Part shown: piece by piece, positions 18,170 to 27,074 of the stretch
Numbering within the stretch: position 1 is the first letter of the stretch
Layout: the number at the start of each line of letters is the position of its first letter
The notes under the pieces: model-generated
What the model saw: the letters and a program-made list of their open reading frames with translations, nothing else
What the model was told of the DNA's origin: nothing
Database searches by the model: none
Program-made: the position numbers and the translations under genes
DNA from: an uncultured Gaiellales bacterium
GTDB taxonomy: Bacteria; Actinomycetota; Thermoleophilia; Gaiellales; Gaiellaceae
Assembly (NCBI GenBank): GCA_964623875.1
Contig: CAZUVW010000002.1
Span: forward strand, 1-51,000
Direction of reading: 5' to 3'
DNA length: 51,000 nt

Positions 18170-19693
18170 ATGCCGAGTCCCGTCTCCGACCTGCGGGAAT
18201 GGATCGCGCTCCTCGAGCGCGAGGGCGAGCTCGTCCGGATCACGGCCGAGGTCGACCCCGACCTCGAGGCCACGGAGATCGTCGACCGGCTCGTGAAGAG
18301 CGGCGGTCCGGCGCTCCTGTTCGAGAACCCGAAGAACGCGCGCCACCCGCTGCTGGTCAACCAGTTCGGCACCGAGCGGCGGATGTGCCTGGCGTTCGGC
18401 GTCGAGTCGCTCGACGAGCTCGGCGCGAAGCTCGACGAGATCCTCGAGCTGCAGCCGCCGCAGGGGCTCGTCGACAAGGTGCGCTCGCTCGGCAAGCTCA
18501 AGTCGATCGCCGACTCGATGCCGAAGACGGTCTCCAAGGGCGCCTGCCAGGAGGTCGTGCTCACCGGCGACGAGGTCGACCTCGACCGCTTCCCGATCCA
18601 GCGCTGCTGGCCGCTCGATCCGGCGCCGTTCATCACGCTGCCGGCCGTGATCACGAAGGACCAGGCGACCGGCGTGCGCAACGTCGGCATGTACCGCATG
18701 CAGAAGATCGATCGGGCCTCGACGTTCATGCACTGGCAGATCCACAAGGACGGCCGCGCCGACCTGCGCGCCGCGCCCGACGGGCGCATCCCGGTGGCCG
18801 TGGCGCTCGGGCTCGACCCGGTCACCGCGTACTCCGCGAGCGCGCCGCTGCCGAAGCACGTCGGCGAGCTGATGCTGGCCGGCTTCCTCAAGGGCTCGCC
18901 GGTCGAGCTCGTGCAGTGCAAGACGGTCGACCTGCAGGTGCCCGCCAACGCGGAGATCGTGCTCGAGGGCTGGGTCGACCGCGCCGACGTCGGCATCGAG
19001 GGCCCGTTCGGCGACCACACGGGCTTCTACACCCCGCCCGAGGAGTTCCCGATCTTCCGGCTCAGCGCGATCACGATGCGCCGCGACGCGATCTACCCGT
19101 CGATCGTGGTCGGCAAGCCGCCGGCGGAGGACGAGTGGCTCGCGAAGGCCACCGAGCGCATCTTCCTGCCCGCGATCCGGATGAGCGTGCCGGAGATCGT
19201 CGACTACGACCTGCCCACCGCGGGCACGTTCCACAACTGCGTGCTCGTCTCGATCCGCAAGCGCTACCCGGGCCACGCCCGTAAGGTGATGCACGCGCTG
19301 TGGGGGCTCGGGCTGATGAGCCTGACGAAGTCGATCGTCGTCGTGGACGAGCACGTTGACGTGCACGACTACGAGCAGGTCTTCTTCTACGCCTGCGCCA
19401 ACGTCGACCCCGCGCGCGACGTGCTCCTCAGCGAGGGCCCGATCGACCAGCTCGACCACGCCACCACGATCCAGGCCTACGGCGGGAAGATCGGGTTCGA
19501 CGCGACGGCGAAGGGGCCCGACGAGGGCCGCCGGGAGTGGCCGCCGGAGATCGAGATGAGCCCGGCTGTCCGCGCGCGCGTCGACGCGCGCTGGGCGGAG
19601 CTCGGCCTGCCTGCGACACCGTCCGCCGGATCCGTGCAGAATGCGACGCGTCGTGCCGGGCGGCGCACGTTGTCGCAACGGATACGTCGTTGA
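18170..19693 (+). CDS. ubiD: UbiD-family prFMN decarboxylase (menaquinone/futalosine MqnL type)
   Basis: GPALLFE, RNVGMYR, EIVLEG, EGPFGDHTGFY, GKPPAED, GKIGFDAT.K. Confidence 0.95.
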   Translation: MPSPVSDLREWIALLEREGELVRITAEVDPDLEATEIVDRLVKSGGPALLFENPKNARHPLLVNQFGTERRMCLAFGVESLDELGAKLDEILELQPPQGLVDKVRSLGKLKSIADSMPKTVSKGACQEVVLTGDEVDLDRFPIQRCWPLDPAPFITLPAVITKDQATGVRNVGMYRMQKIDRASTFMHWQIHKDGRADLRAAPDGRIPVAVALGLDPVTAYSASAPLPKHVGELMLAGFLKGSPVELVQCKTVDLQVPANAEIVLEGWVDRADVGIEGPFGDHTGFYTPPEEFPIFRLSAITMRRDAIYPSIVVGKPPAEDEWLAKATERIFLPAIRMSVPEIVDYDLPTAGTFHNCVLVSIRKRYPGHARKVMHALWGLGLMSLTKSIVVVDEHVDVHDYEQVFFYACANVDPARDVLLSEGPIDQLDHATTIQAYGGKIGFDATAKGPDEGRREWPPEIEMSPAVRARVDARWAELGLPATPSAGSVQNATRRAGRRTLSQRIRR

Positions 19694-19731
19694 CATGCAG
19701 CACCGCCGCCGATTGAATCCTGCGCGGGAGG
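19690..19731 (+). promoter_or_regulatory. Possible promoter and RBS for qcrABC
   Basis: TTGACA-N17-TTGAAT followed by GGGAGG. The -10 is weak. Confidence 0.4.
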
Positions 19732-19735
19732 CCGA

Positions 19736-20677
19736 GTGACCGAGCATCACGATCAGAGCCACGAGCTGCCCGGCCCGAGCCTCTGGCCGATCGGGTTCGC
19801 GATCGGCATCGCCGTCGTCCTCGTCGGGCTCGTGATCAGCTTCCCGGTGATGCTGCTGGGCGCGGCGATCGCGCTCGTCTTCGGCATCCTCTGGGTGCGC
19901 GACCTCTTCGCGAGCTCGCCCTCCGCGGCAGCGGTGTCCGACGAGGCCCCCGGCGCGGCTCTCACCGCTGCCGAGGGGACGCCGCGCGCCGCGACGGCTG
20001 GTGCGGCGGCACACGTCGAGACGTACGACCGCGGCGCGTTCCTGTCGGTCGCGACCGTCGGGGTGGGCGCCGCGATCGGCGCCGCCGTGACGCTCCCCGT
20101 GCTCGGCTTCGCGGTGCTGCCGTCGTTCACCGGGGCCGGGATCGAGACGTTCGAGGTCGACCTGGGGCCGATCTCGAACTTCCCCGAGGGCACGTACGTG
20201 ATCGCCACCTTCCTCGAGGATCCCGAGCAGGGCGAGGTCACGCGCCGCACCGCGTTCGTCCGCAACAACGGGTTCACCGAGGACGGCGTGCCGAGCTTCA
20301 CGACGCTGTTCAGCCGCTGCGTCCACCTCGGCTGTCCCGTGCAGCCGAACGGGCCGATCGACGAGGAGGCCAGGCAGGACGTCAACGGCGTCGAGCTGCG
20401 CCCCGTGCTCGCTGCGAGCTTCGGCTGCCCGTGCCACGGCGGCCTGTACGACGGCGAGGGGAACCGCACCGCCGGGCCGCCCGTCCGCTCGCTCGACCGC
20501 TTCGAGTTCTCGATCAAGGACGGGAACCTGATCCTGGGGCGGCTGTTCTCGGTCGGCGACGTCGAGGGGACGGGAGCCAAGGCGAAGATCATGCGCTACT
20601 ACCAGGCGTACCCGGGCGTCCACGTCGACGGCCTGGAGAAGTGGCTGTACCCCATCCCGACCCCGGGGTCGACGTAG
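19736..20677 (+). CDS. qcrA: Rieske 2Fe-2S subunit of menaquinol:cytochrome c reductase (3 TM)
   Basis: CVHLGC and CPCHGG motifs, GPP.RSL. Two N-terminal TM helices plus a Tat-like helix. Confidence 0.93.
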   Translation: MTEHHDQSHELPGPSLWPIGFAIGIAVVLVGLVISFPVMLLGAAIALVFGILWVRDLFASSPSAAAVSDEAPGAALTAAEGTPRAATAGAAAHVETYDRGAFLSVATVGVGAAIGAAVTLPVLGFAVLPSFTGAGIETFEVDLGPISNFPEGTYVIATFLEDPEQGEVTRRTAFVRNNGFTEDGVPSFTTLFSRCVHLGCPVQPNGPIDEEARQDVNGVELRPVLAASFGCPCHGGLYDGEGNRTAGPPVRSLDRFEFSIKDGNLILGRLFSVGDVEGTGAKAKIMRYYQAYPGVHVDGLEKWLYPIPTPGST

Positions 20678-20680
20678 GCG

Positions 20681-21466
20681 ATGCCCAAGTCCACCTCACG
20701 CAGACAGCTCGAGACGGTCGTCCTCACGCCGCTCGACTGGCTCGAGGAGCGGTCGGGGCTCGTCGGGTACACGAAGTGGTTCCTCTTCCGGAACGTGCCG
20801 CGCGACATCAACTGGATGCAGACGCTCGGCGCCGCGACGCTGACCGCGTTCATCGTCCAGGCCGTCACGGGCGTCGTGCTCGCGATGTACTACAAGCCCG
20901 ACCCGAACAGCGCCTACGCGTCGATCGTGAACATCACCGAGGAGGTCACGCTCGGCTGGCTCGTGCGCGGGATGCACAAGTGGGGCGCGAGCGTGTTCAT
21001 CATCCTGATGTTCTTCCACATGGCGCGCACCTTCCTGTTCGGCGCGTACAAGTACCCACGGGAGATCAACTGGATCATCGGCGTCCTGCTGCTCGTGATG
21101 GGGATGGCGGAGGGCTTCACGGGCTACCTGCTCCCGTGGGACCAGACGGCCTACTGGGCGACCGTGGTCGGGATCAACATCAACGCGACCGCGCCGATCC
21201 TGGGGCCGTTCATCGCGCAGTTCCTCCAGGGCGGGCTGCAGATCGGGCCCGAGACGCTCGCGAAGTTCTACGCGCTGCACATGCTGGTGATCCCCGGCGG
21301 ACTGATGGCCCTGATCGGGCTGCACCTGTACCTCGTCGTGCGCCTCGGGGTCACCTCGCCCCCCTGGTCGGCCGTGGCGGCCGGGCGCGAGCGCGACGAG
21401 GACGCGATCGGCGCCGGCGCGAAGGTCGGGCTGATCCGCGAGTCCTCGGCGGAGGAGGGCGCCTGA
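20681..21466 (+). CDS. qcrB: Cytochrome b6-like subunit (split cytochrome b, N-terminal part)
   Basis: RGMHKWGAS...FHMAR, TGYLLPWDQ.AYWA, FYALH-x14-H. Confidence 0.95.
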   Translation: MPKSTSRRQLETVVLTPLDWLEERSGLVGYTKWFLFRNVPRDINWMQTLGAATLTAFIVQAVTGVVLAMYYKPDPNSAYASIVNITEEVTLGWLVRGMHKWGASVFIILMFFHMARTFLFGAYKYPREINWIIGVLLLVMGMAEGFTGYLLPWDQTAYWATVVGININATAPILGPFIAQFLQGGLQIGPETLAKFYALHMLVIPGGLMALIGLHLYLVVRLGVTSPPWSAVAAGRERDEDAIGAGAKVGLIRESSAEEGA

Positions 21467-21467
21467 G

Positions 21468-22310
21468 ATGGCCCGCTCGCTGAAGGAGCGAAATCGCGCG
21501 GAGTTCAAGCGCTACAAGGACGACGTCAAGGCCGAGGGCAAGCCGTTCTTCCCGTACGCGATCTTCCACGACACGGTGATGGCGCTCGTCACGGTGCTCG
21601 TGATCATCGGGCTCGCCGTGGTCTGGTACACTACCGCCGACGGCACCGAGGCCGGCATCCTCGGGCCGTGGTACGCACCGGAGGCGGATGCCGGGACGAT
21701 CGACTTCATCCCGCGCCCTGACTGGTTCTTCTACTTCCTCTTCTACCTCCTGCGCGTCTTCAAGTGGCCCGAGTCGGTCGTGCTCGGCACGGTCGGCGTG
21801 CCGACCCTCTTGCTGATCCTGCTGCTGATGCTGCCGTTCTACGACCGGCGGCCCGAGCGGCGCCCCAGCCGGCGCCCGGTCGCGATGATCGCCGCGATCC
21901 TCACCGTGATCTCGATGGGCGTGCTCACCTGGAAGGGCGCCACGGCGGAGGAGGCGCTCGGCTCGGAGATCATCGCGTCGGGGACGACGGAGGTGTGGGC
22001 CGAGGAGCAGGGCTTCACCGGCAACGCGGACGCCGAGGCCGGGGCGAAGCTGTTCGCGCAGTCCGGCTGCCTCAACTGCCACGTGTACCTCGGCGAGGGG
22101 AACCAGAACCTGGGTGCCCCCGAGCTCACGGACGTCGGCGCGTCCGGGCGCGGGATCCAGTACTTCAAGGACTACCTCGTCAACCCCGCGCAGTTCGGGA
22201 ACAACGTGATGATCTCGTACTCGTACCTCGGGGACGAGAACCTCGGGAAGCTCGCGGCCTTCCTCGACGCGTCGAAGGGGCCTGGGGCCGCGGAGGGCGA
22301 AGGGGAGTAG
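21468..22310 (+). CDS. qcrC: Subunit IV fused to a monoheme cytochrome c
   Basis: PFFP, PRPDWFF (Qo motif), PFYDR, CLNCH and a distal Met. Confidence 0.92.
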   Translation: MARSLKERNRAEFKRYKDDVKAEGKPFFPYAIFHDTVMALVTVLVIIGLAVVWYTTADGTEAGILGPWYAPEADAGTIDFIPRPDWFFYFLFYLLRVFKWPESVVLGTVGVPTLLLILLLMLPFYDRRPERRPSRRPVAMIAAILTVISMGVLTWKGATAEEALGSEIIASGTTEVWAEEQGFTGNADAEAGAKLFAQSGCLNCHVYLGEGNQNLGAPELTDVGASGRGIQYFKDYLVNPAQFGNNVMISYSYLGDENLGKLAAFLDASKGPGAAEGEGE

Positions 22311-22317
22311 CGCGCCG

Positions 22318-22385
22318 TAGGCACGTCTCCTGCGGAGACGTGCCTAGTACTGCTCCTAGGCACGTTTCGCGCAGCGAAAGGTGCC
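22318..22385. repeat. Two related hairpins after qcrC (terminator or REP-like)
   Basis: TAGGCACGTCTCC-TGC-GGAGACGTGCCTA (13-bp stem) and GGCACGTTTCGC-GCA-GCGAAAGGTGCC. Confidence 0.7.
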
Positions 22386-22409
22386 CCTCTCACGGATACG
22401 CTGCTTCCG

Positions 22410-23057
22410 ATGAGGGTCTTCCTCGGCATCACCGGCGCGTCGGGCGCCCCGTACGCGAAGGGCATCCTCGACGCGCTCGTCGCCTCGGGGGCCGAGGTCG
22501 GCGTGTGCGCGTCGGCGGCCGGGGTCGAGGTGCTCGGCACCGAGCTGTACGGCGATCCCGACCTGCCGCGCGACGAGGTGATGGCGCGGCTGGTCGGGGA
22601 CGCGACCGATCAGGTGACGGTCGTGGGGACGAACGACTACCGGACCCCGTACGCGTCGGGCTCGGCGAAGGTCGATGCGTACGTCGTCTGCCCGTGCTCG
22701 ATGGCGACCGTGGGCACCCTCGCCGCCGGCGCGATGGCGAACCTGATCCACCGCGCCGCCTCCGTCGCGCTCAAGGAGCGGCGCACCCTGGTGCTCGTCC
22801 CGCGCGAGACGCCGCTGTCGTCGATCCACCTCCGCGGCCTGGCGACGTTGAACGAGGCGGGAGCCGTGATCCTGTTCGCGGCGCCGGGCTTCTACCACGG
22901 CGCCGAGACCGTCCAGGACCTGGTCGACTTCGTCGTCGCGCGGTGCCTCGACCAGCTGGGGGTGCCGAACGAGCTCGTGCGGCGGTGGGGAGCGGGCACT
23001 TCCGGTCGGGGACCGGAAGTGCCAGGAGAACCGCGGGCGCCGGGCGGGCGCCCGTGA
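22410..23057 (+). CDS. ubiX: Flavin prenyltransferase
   Basis: GITGASGAPY, ASGS, PCSMATV, NLIHRAA.V.LKERR.L.LVPRETP, PGFYH. Confidence 0.96.
   Translation: MRVFLGITGASGAPYAKGILDALVASGAEVGVCASAAGVEVLGTELYGDPDLPRDEVMARLVGDATDQVTVVGTNDYRTPYASGSAKVDAYVVCPCSMATVGTLAAGAMANLIHRAASVALKERRTLVLVPRETPLSSIHLRGLATLNEAGAVILFAAPGFYHGAETVQDLVDFVVARCLDQLGVPNELVRRWGAGTSGRGPEVPGEPRAPGGRP
22995..23023. repeat. Perfect 13-bp hairpin within the ubiX C-terminal extension
   Basis: GGCACTTCCGGTC-GGG-GACCGGAAGTGCC. Confidence 0.75.
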
Positions 23058-23737
23058 GCCACCGGGCGGGGTCCCTGGCACCTCACGAAGTGAGGTGCCT
23101 GTTCGACCGGATCGCGCCGGTGTACGACGCGATGAACCGGGTGATGACGGTCGGGCTCGACCGGTCGTGGCGGCGGCTCGCCGCGGAGGCGGTGGTGCAG
23201 CCCGGCGCGCGCGTGCTCGACGCGTGCTGTGGCACGGGCGACCTCGCGATCGAGTCCGAGCGTCAGGGAGGCGTCGTCACCGGCCTCGACTTCGCCCCGC
23301 TGATGCTCGAGCGCGCACGGGCGAAGTCGTCGACGATCGAGTGGCTCGAGGGCGACCTCCTCGCGCTGCCGTTCCCGGACGACGCGTTCGACGCCGCGAC
23401 CGTCGGGTTCGGGGTGCGCAACGTCGCCGACCTCGAGCTGGCGCTCGGCGAGCTGCGACGGGTGCTCCGTCCCGGGGGCGGGCTCGCCGTGCTCGAGATC
23501 ACGCAGCCGCGCGGCGTGGCGCGTGCCTTCTTCTCGCTGTGGTTCGACCGTCTCGTCCCCCTGCTCGGCAAGGTGCTGCCGGGCGGGAGCGCATACACGT
23601 ACCTGCCGGCGAGCGTGCGACGCTTCCCGAGCGCGGAGGAGCTCGTGGCCCTGCTCGAGCGGGTCGGCTTCGAGGACGTCCGCGCCCGATTGCTCGGTGG
23701 CTCGATCGTCGCGCTGCACACGGGTCGGGCGGCGTGA
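23054..23737 (+). CDS. menG: Demethylmenaquinone methyltransferase (UbiE/MenG)
   Basis: FDRIAPVYDAMN, VLDACCGTGD, LPFPDD.FD..TVGFG.RNV, RVLRPGG, YTYLPAS. Confidence 0.94.
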   Translation: MSHRAGSLAPHEVRCLFDRIAPVYDAMNRVMTVGLDRSWRRLAAEAVVQPGARVLDACCGTGDLAIESERQGGVVTGLDFAPLMLERARAKSSTIEWLEGDLLALPFPDDAFDAATVGFGVRNVADLELALGELRRVLRPGGGLAVLEITQPRGVARAFFSLWFDRLVPLLGKVLPGGSAYTYLPASVRRFPSAEELVALLERVGFEDVRARLLGGSIVALHTGRAA

Positions 23738-24636
23738 GCGCGCTGGCGGCGGTCAGGGCCGCTCCCGGTCTCGCCTCCTACCTCGACCGGGTCGAGGCGC
23801 GCCTGCGGGAGGTCGTCGCCGCCCACCCGGGCGTCGTGCAGGCCGTGGGCACCGACGCCCTCGCCGCGGGGGGGAAGCGGCTGCGTCCGGCGCTCGCCTT
23901 CCTCTCCTCGCCCCCGGGCTCGCCGCTCCCCCTGGCCGAGGGGGTCGCCGTCGAGCTCGTGCACATGGCGACCCTCGTCCACGACGACATCGTCGACCGC
24001 GCGCGGGTGCGCCGGGGCCGGGCCGCTGCCTGGACGCAGCATGGCCCGGCCGCCGCGAGGGCCGCGGGCGACCACCTCTTCGCCCGCGGCTTCGCCGAGC
24101 TGGCGGTGACCGGCGACCGCGCGAAGGTGTCCCTGCTCGCGGAGGCCTCGCTCGCCCTCGCACGAGGCGAGGCGCTGCAGCGCCGCCAGCGACACGACGC
24201 CGACACGACCGTCGAGGACTACCTCGAGCGCGTCGCCCTCAAGACCGGCCGGCTGTTCGAGGCCGCCTGCGCGCTCGGCGGGGGGAACCCCGAGTACGGC
24301 CTGCAGCTCGGGATCGCGTTCCAGATCGCCGACGACATCCTCGACTGCGCCGGCGACACGATCGAGACCGGCAAGGTGCCGGGCACCGACCTGCGGGACG
24401 GGACGCCCACCCTGCCGCTGATCCTCGCGGCGCGCGAGGACGCGGTCGTCCGTGCCGCGCTCGCAGGGGGGCCGGTGGAGGGCGTGCTCGTCCGCGTGGC
24501 CGCCACGGGCGCCCTCGAGCGCTCCAGGGAGATGGCCCTCGTCTACGCTAGAAGAGCGAGGGAGAGCCTGGACGGCGAGGCCCGCCGGGACGAGCTCGAG
24601 GCCCTCGCCGACATCGTCGTGGATCGGAGCGCATAG
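23734..24636 (+). CDS. Polyprenyl diphosphate synthase (HepT/IspB-like)
   Basis: GGKRLRP, ELVHMATLVHDDIVD, RRG, KTGRLF, AFQIADDILD, GTDL..G..TLP. Confidence 0.93.
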   Translation: MSALAAVRAAPGLASYLDRVEARLREVVAAHPGVVQAVGTDALAAGGKRLRPALAFLSSPPGSPLPLAEGVAVELVHMATLVHDDIVDRARVRRGRAAAWTQHGPAAARAAGDHLFARGFAELAVTGDRAKVSLLAEASLALARGEALQRRQRHDADTTVEDYLERVALKTGRLFEAACALGGGNPEYGLQLGIAFQIADDILDCAGDTIETGKVPGTDLRDGTPTLPLILAAREDAVVRAALAGGPVEGVLVRVAATGALERSREMALVYARRARESLDGEARRDELEALADIVVDRSA

Positions 24637-24641
24637 ACCCC

Positions 24642-25751
24642 GTGGCCCTGCTCGACCGCACATCGACCCTCGCCCCGATCCGGGAGAAGATCGAGGCGGG
24701 AGAGCGACTCGACCTCGACGACGGGATCACCCTGCTCGAGAGCGACGAGCTGCTCGAGCTCGGCGAGCTCGCAGACCGCGCCCGCCGCCTGCGCGGTGGA
24801 ACCGACGAGGTCGGCTTCGTCCAGAACCTCTACATCAGTCAGACAAACGTCTGCCGCGTGAAGTGCAAGTTCTGCGCCTTCGCCGCGACCCGGAAGCAGG
24901 ACCACGCCTACACGATCACGACCGAGGAGCTCGTGCGCGACGCCGTCGAGCAGCACGCCGCCAGCGCGTTCACCGAGATCCACATGGTGAACGGCGAGAG
25001 CCCGCACGTCACGCTCGACTTCTACCTCGACACCCTGCGCGCGCTGCGCGCTGCCCTGCCGGACGTGCACCTCAAGTGCTACACGGCCTCCGAGGTGCAC
25101 CACATGACGACGCTGTCCGGTCTGACGCACGAGGAGGTGCTGCGAGAGCTGGTCGCCGCCGGACTCGGGTCGCTCCCCGGCGGCGGGGCCGAGATCTTCG
25201 CCGATCGAGTGCGACGCCTGGTGGCGCCCGGGAAGGAGCACCCGGACATCTGGTTCCACGTCCACGACGCGGCGCACCGTATGGGGTTGCGCTCCACGTG
25301 CACGATGCTGTACGGGCACGTCGAGACGTACGAGGAGCGGATCGACCACCTCCTCCGACTGCGCGACCAGCAGGATCGAACGGGTGGCTTCGTCGCGTTC
25401 GTGCCGCTCGCGTTCCATCCCGAGAACACCGTGTTCGAGCGCCGCGGGTTCCGTCACACGACGGGAGCGGACGACCTCAAGATGCTCGCCGTCTCCAGGC
25501 TGATGCTCGACAACATCGAGAACGTCAAGGCGTACTGGATCATGATGGGGATGCCCATGTCGGCCGTCGGCCTGCACTTCGGCGCCAACGACGTCCAGGG
25601 CACCGTCATGCGCGAGACGATCTTCCACGCCGCCGGCGCGCGCACGGAGACGGAGCAGCAGGTCGAGCAGCTCGTGCGCTTCGTGTCGGAGGCCGGGCGC
25701 ATCCCGGTGCAGCGCGACTCGGTGCACAACGTGATCCGGCGGTTCGCGTGA
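24642..25751 (+). CDS. mqnE: Aminofutalosine synthase (radical SAM)
   Basis: CRVKCKFC, LPGGGAEIF, TMLYGHVE, PLAFHPENT, RLMLDNI.NVKAYWIM. Confidence 0.9.
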   Translation: MALLDRTSTLAPIREKIEAGERLDLDDGITLLESDELLELGELADRARRLRGGTDEVGFVQNLYISQTNVCRVKCKFCAFAATRKQDHAYTITTEELVRDAVEQHAASAFTEIHMVNGESPHVTLDFYLDTLRALRAALPDVHLKCYTASEVHHMTTLSGLTHEEVLRELVAAGLGSLPGGGAEIFADRVRRLVAPGKEHPDIWFHVHDAAHRMGLRSTCTMLYGHVETYEERIDHLLRLRDQQDRTGGFVAFVPLAFHPENTVFERRGFRHTTGADDLKMLAVSRLMLDNIENVKAYWIMMGMPMSAVGLHFGANDVQGTVMRETIFHAAGARTETEQQVEQLVRFVSEAGRIPVQRDSVHNVIRRFA

Positions 25752-26110
25752 CGACCTTCCTGAGCTCGGTGCCGATCATCCCGGCACGCGACGTCACCGC
25801 CTCGACCGCCTGGTACAAGGACGCTCTCGACTACGATGTCGTCCGCGCGCAGGACGACTACGGCATCGTCGCCCGTGAGGGGTCGTGGATCCACCTCTAC
25901 GGGCCGAGCGGCATCGCCCCCGAGGACTCGGACACCATGATCCGCGTCGGCGTGGAGGGCATCGACGACCTCTATGCCACGTGCGTCGCGAAGGGCATCG
26001 TCCACCCGAACGGGCGGCTCGGCCGGCGGCCCTGGGGGCTCCGCGAGTTCGCCGTGCTCGACCTCGACGGCAACCTCGTCACCTTCTTCGAGCCCGAGGC
26101 GTCGGCGTGA
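25748..26110 (+). CDS. VOC / bleomycin-resistance family protein
   Basis: P.....DV..S.AWY...L, VEGIDDLY, PWGLREFAVLDLDGNLVTF. Confidence 0.88.
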   Translation: MTTFLSSVPIIPARDVTASTAWYKDALDYDVVRAQDDYGIVAREGSWIHLYGPSGIAPEDSDTMIRVGVEGIDDLYATCVAKGIVHPNGRLGRRPWGLREFAVLDLDGNLVTFFEPEASA

Positions 26111-26132
26111 CGGCCGTGCTGGCGCGTCGACA

Positions 26133-26289
26133 GGGATCCACTTCTGCGGTTCTCCGCTTCGCGAGGCAGGCTCCATGCTCTGCGGCGGCGAAGCCGACGC
26201 CTTCAGGGGTGTGCCCCCGCGTCCCGCGCAGCGGGGCCCGGGGGATCCAGCGGCGGGAATCCGCTCCTGCGGATTCCCGCTTCGCGAGG
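26133..26289. repeat. Intergenic imperfect direct repeat; the second copy forms a perfect 12-bp hairpin
   Basis: 26133-26166 resembles 26255-26289. GCGGGAATCCGC-TCCT-GCGGATTCCCGC at 26253-26280. Confidence 0.7.
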
Positions 26290-26297
26290 AAAGAGCC

Positions 26298-27074
26298 GTG
26301 ATCCGCCTCGGCCGCATCTCGTACGTCAACATGGCGCCGGTCTTCCACCGGCTGACCTCGGAGGTGGAGGAGGTCGTCGGCGTCCCGACCGAGCTGAACC
26401 GGATGGTCGTCGCGGGCGAGCTCGACGTCGCCCCGATCTCGTCCATCGAGTACGCCCGCAACGCCGATCGGCTGCGCCTGCTGCCGCGGCTCTGCGTCTC
26501 CTCCGAGGGCGCGGTCGACTCGATCCAGCTCGTGACCCGCATGCCGCTCGCGAACGTGCGCACCGTGGCCGTCACGCCCGAGAGCGCGACCTCGGTCGTC
26601 CTCACCCGTGTGCTGCTGCCGCAGGCGGAGACCGTGCCGCTCGACCGGGCCGCTCAGGCGGACGCCAAGCTGCTGATCGGCGACGCCGCCCTGCGCAGCG
26701 CCTTCGAGGACCCGACGCCGCATCACGACCTCGGCCGGCTGTGGCTCGAGCGCACCGGCCTGCCGATGGTGTTCGCGGTGTGGGCCGCGCCCGAGCCCGT
26801 GGCGGACGGCCTGCTCGAGCTGCAGGACGCGCTCGTCGCATCCGTGCGCCTCGCGCGGTCGGAGCCCGAGCTCCTCGCGCACGAGGCGAGCCTGCGCTAC
26901 GGCTACCCGGCCGGCTTCCTCGCCCGGTACTTCGAGAAGCTGCGCTACAGCTTCGGGCCGCGCGAGCGGGCCGGCCTGTACACCTTCCTCGAGATGGCCC
27001 GTGACGTCGGCGAGCTCGCGCACGTCCCAGAGCTGCGGTTCCTCAGCGCCGAGACGGTGGTGCGGGCGACGTGA
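26298..27074 (+). CDS. mqnA: Chorismate dehydratase
   Basis: GRISYVNMAP, P.ELN, SSIEY, GAVDSI, SATSV.L, LLIGD.AL, DLG..W...TGLPMVFAVW. Confidence 0.93.
   Translation: MIRLGRISYVNMAPVFHRLTSEVEEVVGVPTELNRMVVAGELDVAPISSIEYARNADRLRLLPRLCVSSEGAVDSIQLVTRMPLANVRTVAVTPESATSVVLTRVLLPQAETVPLDRAAQADAKLLIGDAALRSAFEDPTPHHDLGRLWLERTGLPMVFAVWAAPEPVADGLLELQDALVASVRLARSEPELLAHEASLRYGYPAGFLARYFEKLRYSFGPRERAGLYTFLEMARDVGELAHVPELRFLSAETVVRAT

Noticed and set aside
19629-19685. Imperfect stem-loop in the ubiD C-terminal tail as a riboswitch
   Set aside because: It lies within coding sequence, pairing is loose, and I recognise no aptamer consensus.
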